64,000 nt of DNA from positions 104,596,001 to 104,660,000 of the forward strand of contig NW_024704742.1 of NCBI RefSeq assembly GCF_018977255.1. The letters run 5' to 3'. The notes below the pieces were generated by a model. That model saw nothing but the letters and a program-made list of their open reading frames with translations, ran no database searches and had not been told where the DNA came from. This DNA comes from Callorhinchus milii. Taxonomy: Eukaryota. The position numbers were made by a program, and so were the translations under genes. Each line of letters begins with the position of its first letter. Positions within the stretch are counted from its first letter, which is position 1. Shown piece by piece: positions 54,156 through 64,000 of the stretch.

Positions 54156-55055
54156 ACATAAGAACATAAAAACATAAGAATTAGGAGCAGGAATAGGCCA
54201 TTCGGCCCCTCGAGCCTGCCCCGCCATTCGATAAGATCATGGCTGATCTTCAGACCTAACTCTAATTTCCTACCCTTTCCCCATATCCCCTAATCCCTCT
54301 GTTTTTTTAAAAAATCTATCAGTCTCAGCCTTGAAGATGTTCAAAGACTGAGCATCTACAGCCTTCTGGGGTAGTGAATTCCATAAATTCACTACCCTCT
54401 GAGTGAAGAAATGTTTCCTCAATCAACTCTGTTCTAAAAGGCTGACCCTTAATTTTATGACCGTGACCCCTGGTTATAGATTCTCCTACCAGGGGAAACA
54501 GACCCTCAGTGTCTACTTTATCCAGCCCTTTAAGAATCTTATATGTTTCAATAAGATCTCCCCTAATTCTTCTGTACTGTAGAGAATATAGCCCTAGTTT
54601 ATTCAGCCTATCCTCATAGGTCAGTCCCCTCATCCCAGGAACTAACCAAGTGAATCTACGCTGCACCCCCTCTAGGGCAAGTATGGTCCTTTTTTAAATA
54701 AGGAGACCAAAACTGCACACAATACTCCAGGTGCGGTCTCACCAAGGCCCTATACGGTTGCAGCAAGACTTCCCTACTCTTGTACTCTAAACCTTTTGTA
54801 ATGAACGCTAACATGCCGTTCGCCTTCTTAGTTGCTTGCTGCACCTGCAAACTAACTTTTTGAGACTGGTGTACAAGGACACCCAAATCCCTCTGCACAC
54901 TAACACTATGTAATCTCTCCCCTTCTAGAAAATAATCTATTTTTCTATTTTTTCTACCAAGGTGAATAACTTCACACTTCCCCACATTAAATTCCATCTG
55001 CCACCTATTCGCCCACTCTCCTAGCCTATCTATATCCCGTTGCAATCTTTTTGCA
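54156..55055 (-). mobile_element. 5'-truncated CR1
   Basis: QRDIDRLGEW..RPHLEYCVQFWSP..RGDLIETYKI; (AACATAAG)n tail on plus strand. Confidence 0.92.
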
Positions 55056-55499
55056 TCACGTCAGTCAATGGCATCCTTTCAATGTTTAACATGTGGTTTG
55101 TGCATAAAGACAGGATTGGGTTTCATTCCATCATTGGTTTACTGACACTACAAATGGCATTGTGCTATCTGATTTGAGTAGAGCCCTGTGCAAACATTTA
55201 AATGCAGATAACAGTATTGGCCAAGGAATGGATATAGGCCTTGAAAGAGAGCTGAAGGTCGAAAAGAATATTAAGGTGGGTCTTTGAATGTTGTTGGATC
55301 TGAAGATCAGAGAGTTACTCCACGCAGAATATATATTACCCCACCAAATAATAATAATGATGAGTTTAATACTCGTTGCATTTGATATAGCACCTTATCA
55401 CATTGTTGAGATGTCTCAAAGTGCTTCACAAATATACTGTAAAGTGAATTGACTGTATATTTTGTGGGTGAAGTGAACATAAATAATCACTAGAACTTA

Positions 55500-56808
55500 A
55501 CTAAATCCAATGTTCTTTAATAATAAATACACATTTGAATGTATGAAGATTTCATAAATAATTAAATATGTTTCTTGTATTACAAATGGATTTACAGTTA
55601 GTATAGAAAATATTGAAACAAACATAATGCAAATTGTTTCTTATTATCAAAATTGAATATATTAAAGAGAGATGTAAATCAATATAGAAATTAAAAGAAA
55701 AACATGCATATGCATTAATAGTAAATATTTATTGTACTGCTGGAGCTGCATGAACAAAATATTCCAGTATATATTGGTCAATATTTCTAATTGTATCACA
55801 TTGTATAAGTGTATATCAAATACAGTTTATCAATAGACAATAATTTTTAAATAGCAAGTATATATATATATTATATATACCTGTATATATACTATATATA
55901 TTTAACGTGGATGTTTTTGTCAAAAAAGGCTGAAAATGATGCACAGTGCATACACGGTTTTCGCACAACCTATTACACTGCATGGTATTTCAGGGTCAAC
56001 AGGTTTTCTCAGCCTGAGAATTGTGTGTCATTTTTATGCCATTAACTTTGTGTTTCAGAACTCTGAATTATCAAACAAAAATAAAAAACTAGATTTGATT
56101 TCCCATAAAAATGACATTGCTAACTCTGAAATGTGAATCAAAGGCTCATCAAAAAAATCAGTGCAGTCTAATTCCTCAATTAAACAATTACAAGGTGTAA
56201 TTGAACCAATGATTAGAATTAATCAAAAAGGTTTTAATTCTGTAACTATAATCTGATTTATGGAAATGTTCATAATGAATTTCGTACAATACTATTAATC
56301 TAGAAACAGATTATTTGTAAAGACAGGACAATTCAATTTTTTTAAAATGTCACTGGCTTTTTGGAATTAAGATCTAACCCCAATTCAATTTTCGTAGAAA
56401 ACAATCTTTCATTCTTATACTTTTTTTAAAAAATTGTATTTTTGTATTTTTATATATTTTTATATTTTGAAGATGGTTACAGTTTCAACAAAGTTGAAGT
56501 TTTAAATGTTTGTTCTGATTTGTTTCCCAAGAAACATAGTTACAATAATTACATTGTGTAGAATAACAATGTTGTTGCTGTTTCTCTCTTAAATACAGTA
56601 TATGTTCAATCGATATGAATACAGAAATGTTACCCTTTCCTCAAATACTACAAATAAACCTGGCTTGTAAATATCAAATCCCTGCATCATCAATTAATCG
56701 TGTAAACTCGTAATGAAAAGTGAATCTGTTAAATATTAATATATCATTAAATCATTAAAGTTAGTTGAGTGCAAATTCACAGCATTTTGTTTTGTCAGAA
56801 TCAAACCC
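55500..56808 (-). other. Putative AU-rich 3' UTR of the TSLP-like gene
   Basis: Very AT-rich unique sequence after the stop, several ATTTA on minus strand, ATTAAA at about 56235 and AATAAA at 55728-55733; true 3' end unknown. Confidence 0.5.
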
Positions 56809-56907
56809 TCAATCCTCCAGCTCCTTCAGATCCAGTAACTGACTGTAGAGCTGCCACTGTAAATCCACATAATTTTTTCTTCTCATGGTATTGCCACAGG
56901 TAAATTC
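56809..56907 (-). CDS. TSLP: TSLP-like exon 5 (helix D and stop)
   Basis: ttttttcttttgaag|GAATTTACCTGT...GAT TGA; EFTCGNTMRRKNYVDLQWQLYSQLLDLKELED*; followed by AT-rich sequence. Confidence 0.8.
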   Translation of the reverse strand, partial: EFTCGNTMRRKNYVDLQWQLYSQLLDLKELED

Positions 56908-59900
56908 CTTCAAAAGAAAAAATGCATACATGGGTGATCAGCTAATGTGTTCCTAAATAACAACAACAAAATTACATTTGTATTGTGCCTTTCACATCTG
57001 AAGGATGTTCCAAGGCGCTGGACAGAGTTTAGGACCCGAGCTGGGGCTTGGGATTGGGGAGGGTGAAGGACCAGGATCTTGAACTGTACCCTCTGAATGA
57101 TGGCAAGCCAGTGGAATCTGGCAAAGATGGGGGTGATAGGGTCACGGAGCCTGGTGCGGGAGAGGACATGGGCTGCAGAGTTCTGGATGATCTGCAGAGA
57201 GAGGAGTTGGGGAGACCGACAAGCAAGGAGTTTGCACAGTCAAGCCTTGATGTTATGAATGCGTGTATGAGGGTTTTGGCGAGCTTCAGTGTGATAAAGT
57301 GGTGGAGCTGGGCAATGTTCCGGAGATGGGGGAAGACAGAGCGGGTCAATGTATGGATGGGGTAAAAGGATAGTTGAGGGTCAAAGAAGATGCCAAGGTT
57401 CCGAACTGGCTTAGTAAGGTGGAGTGTGCATCCACTCAGCGCCTGAAGTGTGGAGGCGCTGACGGGAGCCAATCAGGAGAGTCTTGATCTTGTTGACGTT
57501 CAACTGAAGAAAGTTAGTTCTCATCCAGGATTTGATGTCTGACAGACATTCTGTCAGGACAGCAGTGGTCCTGGAGTCAAGGGTAGAGGCAGAGAGACAG
57601 AGTTGGGTGTCATCTGCGTACATGTGGAAGTTGACCCCATGTCTGCTGATGATGTCACCAAGAGGGAGCATATAGATATTAAAGAGGAAGGGACCAAGGA
57701 CAGAGCCCTGAGGAACACCGCACAAGATGGTGTGTGGGCTAGAGAAGAAGCTATTTGTGGAGATGAAGTGGAGGCGATGTGAAAGGTACGATCTGAACCA
57801 TTCAAGGACAGAACTGTGAAGGTTGAGATGAGAGGAGAGTCGTGGATGAGGATAGAATGGTCAACGGTATTGATGGCAGCAGAGAGGTTAAGGAGGATAA
57901 GGAGGCATAGGGAGCCCTGGTCGCAGATGGACAGAATGTCATTTGTCACTTTGACCAGGGCTGTGGGCAGCACGGAAACCCGATTGTAGGGGTTCGAGAA
58001 CGGAGTGACGGGAGAGGAAGGAGCCAAGCTGGGTGGCAATGACTTGTTCCAGGACCTTGGATCTTAAGAACAAGTTGTTAGTTTTAAAGTCAAAGTGATA
58101 CCATAACGTTTAACTGAACTGATCTATTTCTAATAACATTAGAAATCATTTTAAGTGTCCTCAACATATTTGTATGAAAGCAGAGAGGAACCGTGGACTG
58201 TGATGCAGAGCACCAGAAGTGTGGCATGTTTGCAATCAATTCTACAAAGAATCGAAAACTGAAAAGAAATTCTGATGCCAAATACTTACTGAGCACAAAG
58301 TTTTATTGTTGCATGCATTCTCGATTGACTCTTTTACGTTTCTGTAAAACGTTTTTTTTTTGCCTTTAAAGCAGGCCATCTTGCAGTAAGTGTTCACGAT
58401 ACCACGCACTGTGCCAAATAAAGGATCCTAAAATTAAAAAAAAGAATTAGTGTTGTGTAAGTATTCTTTCATTTATTGTAACCATGTTAATAAAAAATAT
58501 TTATGATGTTATTTCTTGAATTGAATTTAGATTGATATAGTCTACAATGAATGCAAAATTAATTAGAACAAATTTGATATAATTTGACTACTACAGACCA
58601 TAAGTTAGAACTTGAAAAACAGTTGGCATTTATTAGGACACAGTCACAACGTTATACCAAAATCTGCATAGATTTAACAATGATATATAATCATTCAAAA
58701 TTTGGTTACTATCCTCCTTGATGGGGTGTCCTTGGAGCTAAACTGGTTCCAAGATGACATGTTTGCCAATGGAATTGCGAAATCGATCCAGCCCTCTGTG
58801 GCAGTCTCAGTCATCTGGTTCCTGAGCTAGGCGGGTCTGCAGTATTCAGGCCATTGCTGATGACAGCACAGCAGTAGGACGTAGAAGGGAAGAATCAATC
58901 TCTGGGAACAGGGAGTCATCCCACTCAACTCTTATTAACCCTGCAAGCCAAAGCCTAATGGGTAGTGTTGACCTAGCTGGACAAGGCAGCAGGAAAGCTT
59001 ATCAGACAGTGATATTAATAGCAGGCTATGCAGTTTTAGCTGGTTAGACTCCAGCAGTGCTGAAACTCACACTCTGGAATCCCAAGTCTTGGCTCTTGTC
59101 AACCTTCCCTAATATTTTCCAGAATTAGGTAAGCAGGATGCAACCCTCCAGGGAGAGGGGGCATTCCATTCCAACAATCTATTTGGGATTTCCATAGAAT
59201 TTTCAGTTTGGTTTGAATATTTTTAAGCATGTTGATGGGTTTCCATATGTGTCAGACATCCGGCTAACTAAAAATAAAAGTTATTTCAAATTGTTGCCAA
59301 CTAACTGCTGTGGGAAAAAATGTATCTTGCTCAATAATGCAAATCAAGCAGAGTCTATTCTATTGAAACATACCAAATTTACTCCATACTGCTGAGGCAT
59401 CTCACCCTAGAATAGAGAGAAAGAACAGGTTAATCAACCTATAGCACGTTACATATAACTCAGAAATGTTTGGGTCTACAATCAACTTCCTTTGTTCTCA
59501 GCTACACCAGAAATAAATCATTTAGGAGACTCTCAAATTGACTCATTGAGGATTATCTGTTGTTCACATTGATTCAGTTGTGGTATTTTTACCTCTGGAG
59601 CAATATTTTGTGGACTAAAAGGTTTAGACTTTTGGCAATAATGGCTGACACTTCATCTCAGTGCTGGGGGAGCAATGCATTATTGGAGGTGCCATCATTT
59701 AGATGAGACCTTAAATGAGGTCTTGCCTATATGTTCAGGTGGATATTAAAGATCTCATAAGTAAAAGAGAAGGAAGTTTTCTTTTTTCCCCGTGACCTGG
59801 TGAACAATAATAATAATAATAATCCTTGCATTTGATATAGTGCCTTATCACATCTTCTAGACGTCTCAAAGTGCTTCACAGAATATACTGTAAAGTGAAT

Positions 59901-61561
59901 TGACTATATTTGTGGCAGCCAATTGCGCACAACAGTGTCCCACAAACAGTTGTGGATTAAGAAAACATTGTCATTGCTTTTTTTTCCGTGAGGGATTATT
60001 ATTAGGCGTTTGGAGTAAGGAAACTTGCCCAAGGTATCCCCCTGCCGGGAATCAAACCCAGGTCTCTCGCTTGCAAGGCGAGTGCTCTAACCACTGAGCT
60101 ACAGGACTCCGCAATCATCCAAATAAATTTATAATTGTATCAGATTGTCTCAGTTTTAGTACTCTTGGTTCTGAGTCAGAAGGCTGTGGGTTCAAGATCC
60201 ACTTTGGAATTTGAACTCATATGGTCTAAACTGATATACCAATTCAGTCCGAGCTTCCGATTGGACACTTTAAACCGAGGTCCAGCCTGCCTGATCAGGT
60301 GGACGTTAAAGAACCCATGGTACTATTCAAAAAGAGAAGGGAGTTTCTTCCAGTATCCTGGCCAACAATTCCCCCAAATCAAAAAAAGTTAAAACTTGGT
60401 CATTCATTTCATGGCTAACTGTGGGACATTGCTGTGTGCGATTGGGCTTCTGCATTCACCTACAAACACATAATAATAATAATAATCCTTGCATTTGATA
60501 TAGCGCTTTTCACGTCGGGAGGACGTCCCAAAGCGCTTCACAGAACATACTGTAAAGTGAATTGACTGTATATTTGTGGGCGAACGCGGCAGCCAATTGT
60601 GCACAGCAATGTCCCACAAACAGTCGTAGATTGAAAATGACCAATTTAATTATTGTTTTTGGTTTTTTGGAGGGATTATTATTAGGCTCTGTGTGGAGTA
60701 AGGAAACTTGCCCAAGGTTTCGCCCTCTGCCTGGAATTGAACTCAGGTCTCTCGCTTGCAAAGCGAGTGCTCTAACCACTGAGCTACAGGACTCCATAGT
60801 CATTCCATTTCACGGTAAATCATGTTAATTGCTTTGAGACGTTGTTCCGACATGATAAGCCACTATACCGAACACAAGGATTATTATTACCATTTAGCTT
60901 CATAATTGTCTGTGTGGCATTTCTTTGTACGAACTGGCTGCTGATTTTGCCTTCAAGACACAGTCACTACACTTTGACAGCAATTTCCTATTTAGCCCTT
61001 TGAGGCGTTTGGCTCTATCAAGGGCTAAACAAAAAGCAAGGATTATAACAACTAATGAATGAATAATTCATTATAATATGAATAGCTATATATATATATG
61101 GATATAATTCATCTGTCTCAACAATAATTGCTAGAATGGGGTTGATATTATTGTGTGCCCCAGTTTACAGAAATCATATATACTGAGTGCTTATCACATA
61201 CAACTTTACAGCAGAAATATATTTCAGATTTAGATGTCTTACAGGTAGTGATGGTTTAATGATGCCGATCAGTGCTTTCAGTTGGCTCCTGTTACAATTC
61301 TTGTATGGCGAGGAATCGTCCTTCTTGCGGGTCCTGTTGGGCATCATCTGCACGACCACAAGTACCAGCTGGAAAATGATGAGAACCCTAAGAGAGACTG
61401 TCAAATACAAGAGAGAAGAACATTGATGTGATGGTGTGAAAATGTCCCACTGACAGTTGTTGAATAGTTTATGGTAACATCGTTTCGCCCCGAATCCCAC
61501 CGAGTGCTCCTCCTCTCCCATTGCACTGGTCCTGCTATCCCGGGATAGACAACTCACCCAT
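56809..61561 (-). CDS. TSLP: Candidate thymic stromal lymphopoietin (IL-7-family short-chain cytokine), 5 coding exons, 142 aa
   Basis: join(61558-61561, 61243-61397, 59374-59406, 58290-58427, 56809-56907) = MVSLRVLIIFQLVLVVVQMMPNRTRKKDDSSPYKNCNRSQLKALIGIIKPSLP/GEMPQQYGVNL/DPLFGTVRGIVNTYCKMACFKGKKKTFYRNVKESIENACNNKTLCS/EFTCGNTMRRKNYVDLQWQLYSQLLDLKELED*. Intron phases 1,0,0,0; hydrophobic leader; C-x19-C in exon 4; upstream of WDR36 on the same strand as in mammals. Confidence 0.85.
56957..58062 (-). mobile_element. L2 fragment in the last intron of the TSLP-like gene
   Basis: [20 protein letters not shown]; internal deletion; (AAC)n tail. Confidence 0.9.
58290..58427 (-). CDS. TSLP: TSLP-like exon 4 (helices B and C, 138 nt)
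   Basis: ttttttttaattttag|GATCCT...TGCTCA|gtaagt; open, phase 0-0; ACFKGKKKTFYRNVKESIENAC. Confidence 0.87.
59374..59406 (-). CDS. TSLP: TSLP-like exon 3 (33 nt, A-B loop)
   Basis: gttctttctctctattctag|GGTGAG...AATTTG|gtatgt; GEMPQQYGVNL; phase 0-0. Confidence 0.75.
60140..60468 (+). mobile_element. Old Deu-domain-like SINE (SacSINE1/AmnSINE1-type); related fragments at 59646-59805, 35035-35320, 7896-7995, 10720-11160, 41020-41155
   Basis: tctgagtcagaaggctgtgggttcaag head; ttaaaccgaggtcc..tcaggtggacgttaaagaacccatgg core resembles the recalled Deu domain. Confidence 0.65.
60470..60796 (-). mobile_element. tRNA-derived SINE, nearly identical to 42616-42941 (TSLP-like intron 2)
   Basis: Near-identical sequence. 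Confidence 0.9.
61243..61397 (-). CDS. TSLP: TSLP-like exon 2 (signal peptide and helix A, 155 nt)
   Basis: ttcttctctcttgtatttgacag|TC TCT CTT AGG...CTA CCT|gtaaga; VSLRVLIIFQLVLVVV...YKNCNRSQLKALI. Confidence 0.88.
61558..61561 (-). CDS. TSLP: TSLP-like exon 1 coding part (ATG G)
   Basis: ccacaATGG|gtgagt: strong Kozak context plus consensus donor, 57 nt downstream of TATATAA. Confidence 0.85.
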
Positions 61562-61618
61562 TGTGGAGTCGGCACTGAGTGAGCTGCTGCTGATGGTATT
61601 AACTGGAGAGGCAGTGGG

Positions 61619-61877
61619 TTATATAGTATGTTGATGGACGCCCCCTCGAAACAAAGCAAATACCTAAACTTTGTCAATGTATCCCAATCGGAGTGATATT
61701 CACATTCACAGCTACCAATTGGCTTTTTAAAATAACTATTAAAATGATGCATCGCTGACGTGGAACTTTCCAATTATTATTCATAATTGAAGAGGTGTTT
61801 ATTTGATTAAATCATCCAAACTTAAACATCACTACATTGCCCATTCCAAGTGAAAGCGTCAGTTTAGTCATGCAAAT
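61619..61877 (-). promoter_or_regulatory. Putative TSLP-like promoter
   Basis: TATATAA (61619-61625, minus), CCAAT motifs (about 61684 and 61715), TGACGT CRE-like (61756-61761) abutting GGAACTTTCC kappaB-like (61762-61771), AAGTGAAAG IRF-like (about 61848), ATGCAAAT octamer (61870-61877). Confidence 0.65.
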
Positions 61878-63329
61878 AGATGCTCTGACTCGAGCAAAGG
61901 AATGGGTTTGGCTGTGTCCCTCCTTCAGGTTTATCGAATAATCTTTAGCCCTATCATCAGCGTGTTATTTAGATAGGAACACGTTTAACTGCATCCTAAA
62001 TCCATAACAATTTATATTAATTACAGTGCCTTTCACTTACAATATAACACCTGAATACACTTTAGAGGATAGCACTGATTAAAAATAAAGTGAATGTGTA
62101 TAACAAAGCAGCAACTAATTGTACTGACAACAGTCCCTGAACATCAGTGTGATAATGGATCATTTTTTTGATCAAATTCGAAATTCATTTGAATGTGGCA
62201 GAACATCTGGATGGGAATAATAATCCTTGCATTTGATATAATGCCTTATCAAGTCTTCAAGACATTTCAAAGCACTTCAAAAATTATACTGTAAGGTTAA
62301 TTGACTATATATTTTGTGGGCAAAACGTGGCAGCCAATTGTGCACAGCCATGTCCCACAAACAGTCGGGAATTGAGTGAACAGATTATTATTATTTTTTG
62401 AAAGGATTATTACCCCCGGAAAAGCGAGCCGCCAATCGACTAGCAATCGGGTTCCTACTTAGTGCTAGGTAAACAGAGACGTCTGGAGGAAGGAATTTTG
62501 CCTAACATTTTGCCCTTCCCAGGAACCGAACGCAGATACTATCGCTTGCAAGGCGAGCGCTCTAAGCAACACGCTACATACATTGCAGGACTCCACTATG
62601 AAGGAAATAATAAACCAGAATAAGTGGAAGGACAATCTCCGTACTTATTTGAAATTGGGAAAGTGGATTGAGTCTCCTTATACCCGAGGTAGACCAAATT
62701 TAAATAAATAACACAATCAAAATAGAGTTTGTCATCTGGAAATAAATCAATTTGTATTTAATGTGGAATATTAATGTATAGTCAGACTGTCTGTGCCAAC
62801 AACATCCCACAAACAAAGGTGAAAAAAATTGAGGGGGAGTGAATTTAGGACATTTAAATAAAAATCTTTCCCTGTGCCTAAGTTCATTTCCCTATCTGCC
62901 TGCCTCGAAGTCAATCTCCCCTGTTGTTAAGTGCTCTGAGATGCTTCCCCTTGTGATGGATGCAAGTTGTTATTGTTGTTAAATTGACAGGGGCAATTCT
63001 AAAATTAAAACAGGAGAAAAAAACAAATGAAAAGTAGAAAAAGTAGAGTAAAAAATAAGTGCAAAATGGATATAGTGTTCGTTTATATTGTTTACATTGC
63101 ATTTATATTGGGAGGACATCCCAAGATGCTGGACTGTCGAGGGTTTGCACCTGAGCTGATGGTTGGATTCAAGATAGGTGGGCGATAAGGGAAAGATGGT
63201 GGCGGGCTTAGTGTTAGAACACAAGAATTTGCTGGGCGAAAGAAAACAAAGATCCATCTATCCTGGCAACATCCTGGCAGTAGCATGTCGTGTCCCAAAT
63301 TATACACTGTATCCTGAGATAATAAGAAC

Positions 63330-63550
63330 ATAATTGTGTTTATCTGAGTTGTTCGGATCTAGAATGTATTGCCGGAAAGGTTGATGCAAGCCAATTCAAT
63401 AACAGCTTTCAAGAGAGAAGTAGGTAGCTATATGGGGAGGATAAATTTGCAGGGATATGGGGAGAGAGCAGGGGAGTGGGATTAACTTGGACAGCTCTTT
63501 CAAAGAGCCATGATGAATGGTTTCCTCCTGTGCTATACAGTTCTATGATT
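63330..63550 (+). mobile_element. CR1 3' end fragment
   Basis: ttgcagggatatggggagagagcaggggagtggga..ttctatgatt. Confidence 0.75.
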
Positions 63551-64000
63551 TTACGATAAGAATTTGCCATAATTACTCGACAGTCAATGTTTTAGTCATT
63601 AGAGATTCTCATGACTCATTTATGACAGATCTACCATTTGCAGAATATTTATTTTGATGCGTGATCCTACCATCCGCTGTCCTCATCATCCATTCTATAT
63701 TTCCTTGAATTGATCAACTTTATTTCATTGTAAGATTCAGATGACTTATGCCTTGAAGTCCTTTTAGTGACTGGTCAGACGCCAAGCAGCAGAGAGGGGG
63801 AGAGGAAAGAGAGCACGAGGTAGCTGAAAGCTTGTGGAGTCCTGTGGTCCAGTGGCTAACACACTTTCCTCACAGTGTAGTGGTTAGTGTTAGCTCTCCT
63901 TGGTTCAATTCCCAGATGGGCAGTTTAAACAAACGCAATCCTTTTGTAAATAGAAACCGGATTTTTAGTCGACTGGCAGATTGCTTTACGACCAAAATTT

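Noticed and set aside
56042..56062. Acceptor-like site followed by SSETQS*, echoing human TSLP YSETQ
   Set aside because: Six codons only, wrong exon position, and it lies in the presumed 3' UTR; likely chance.
58090..58200. Alternative last exon STVPLCFHTNMLR...VSL*
   Set aside because: Weak polypyrimidine tract, no Trp-containing helix D, and it abuts an L2. Exon 56809-56907 fits better, though a minor isoform cannot be excluded.
26148..60828. Repeated near-identical short ORFs (MVRALALQ..., [16 protein letters not shown]...) as a gene family
   Set aside because: Chance frames in SINE copies.
56809..61561. Calling the cytokine IL-7 instead of TSLP
   Set aside because: The VSxR leader fits both, but WDR36 adjacency, size and the C-x7-F-x11-C segment fit TSLP; IL7 sits in a different conserved neighbourhood. 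Phylogeny is still needed.
61174..61773. 199-aa single-exon ORF as the real protein
   Set aside because: It runs through promoter, intron 1 and into intron 2. Only 61243-61397 is bounded by splice sites and cytokine-like.
1..64000. CRISPR arrays, operons or prokaryotic defence systems
   Set aside because: The sequence is spliced vertebrate DNA. No regular repeat-spacer array is present, and all RT domains are CR1 or L2 retrotransposons.

Overview
Repeat-rich, intron-containing vertebrate DNA. The repeat content (CR1, L2, tRNA-derived SINEs with L2 tails, Deu-domain-like SINEs, a shark-type palindromic element) points to a cartilaginous fish, possibly a chimaera; this is inference only. Two genes can be built by hand, both on the minus strand. 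(1) WDR36/UTP21: coding exons 1-15 from ATG 25402 to 613 (1707 nt, 569 codons, all GT-AG, phases consistent); the gene continues beyond the left edge. (2) About 31 kb upstream in the same orientation, a compact 5-exon gene (ATG 61561 to stop 56809) that the ORF track mostly misses. It encodes a 142-aa secreted short-chain four-helix cytokine with a signal peptide, 6 Cys, a TATA/kappaB/CRE promoter and an AU-rich downstream region. Exon phases, Cys spacing and WDR36 synteny identify it as a candidate TSLP orthologue, which is the main result. The rest is transposon-derived: a near full-length L2, a near full-length CR1 with an esterase ORF1, many fragments and SINEs, a TA-flanked MITE, a 1.5-kb local duplication, and a G-rich minisatellite at the WDR36 promoter. 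Comparisons with human and mouse sequences are from memory, not database searches.
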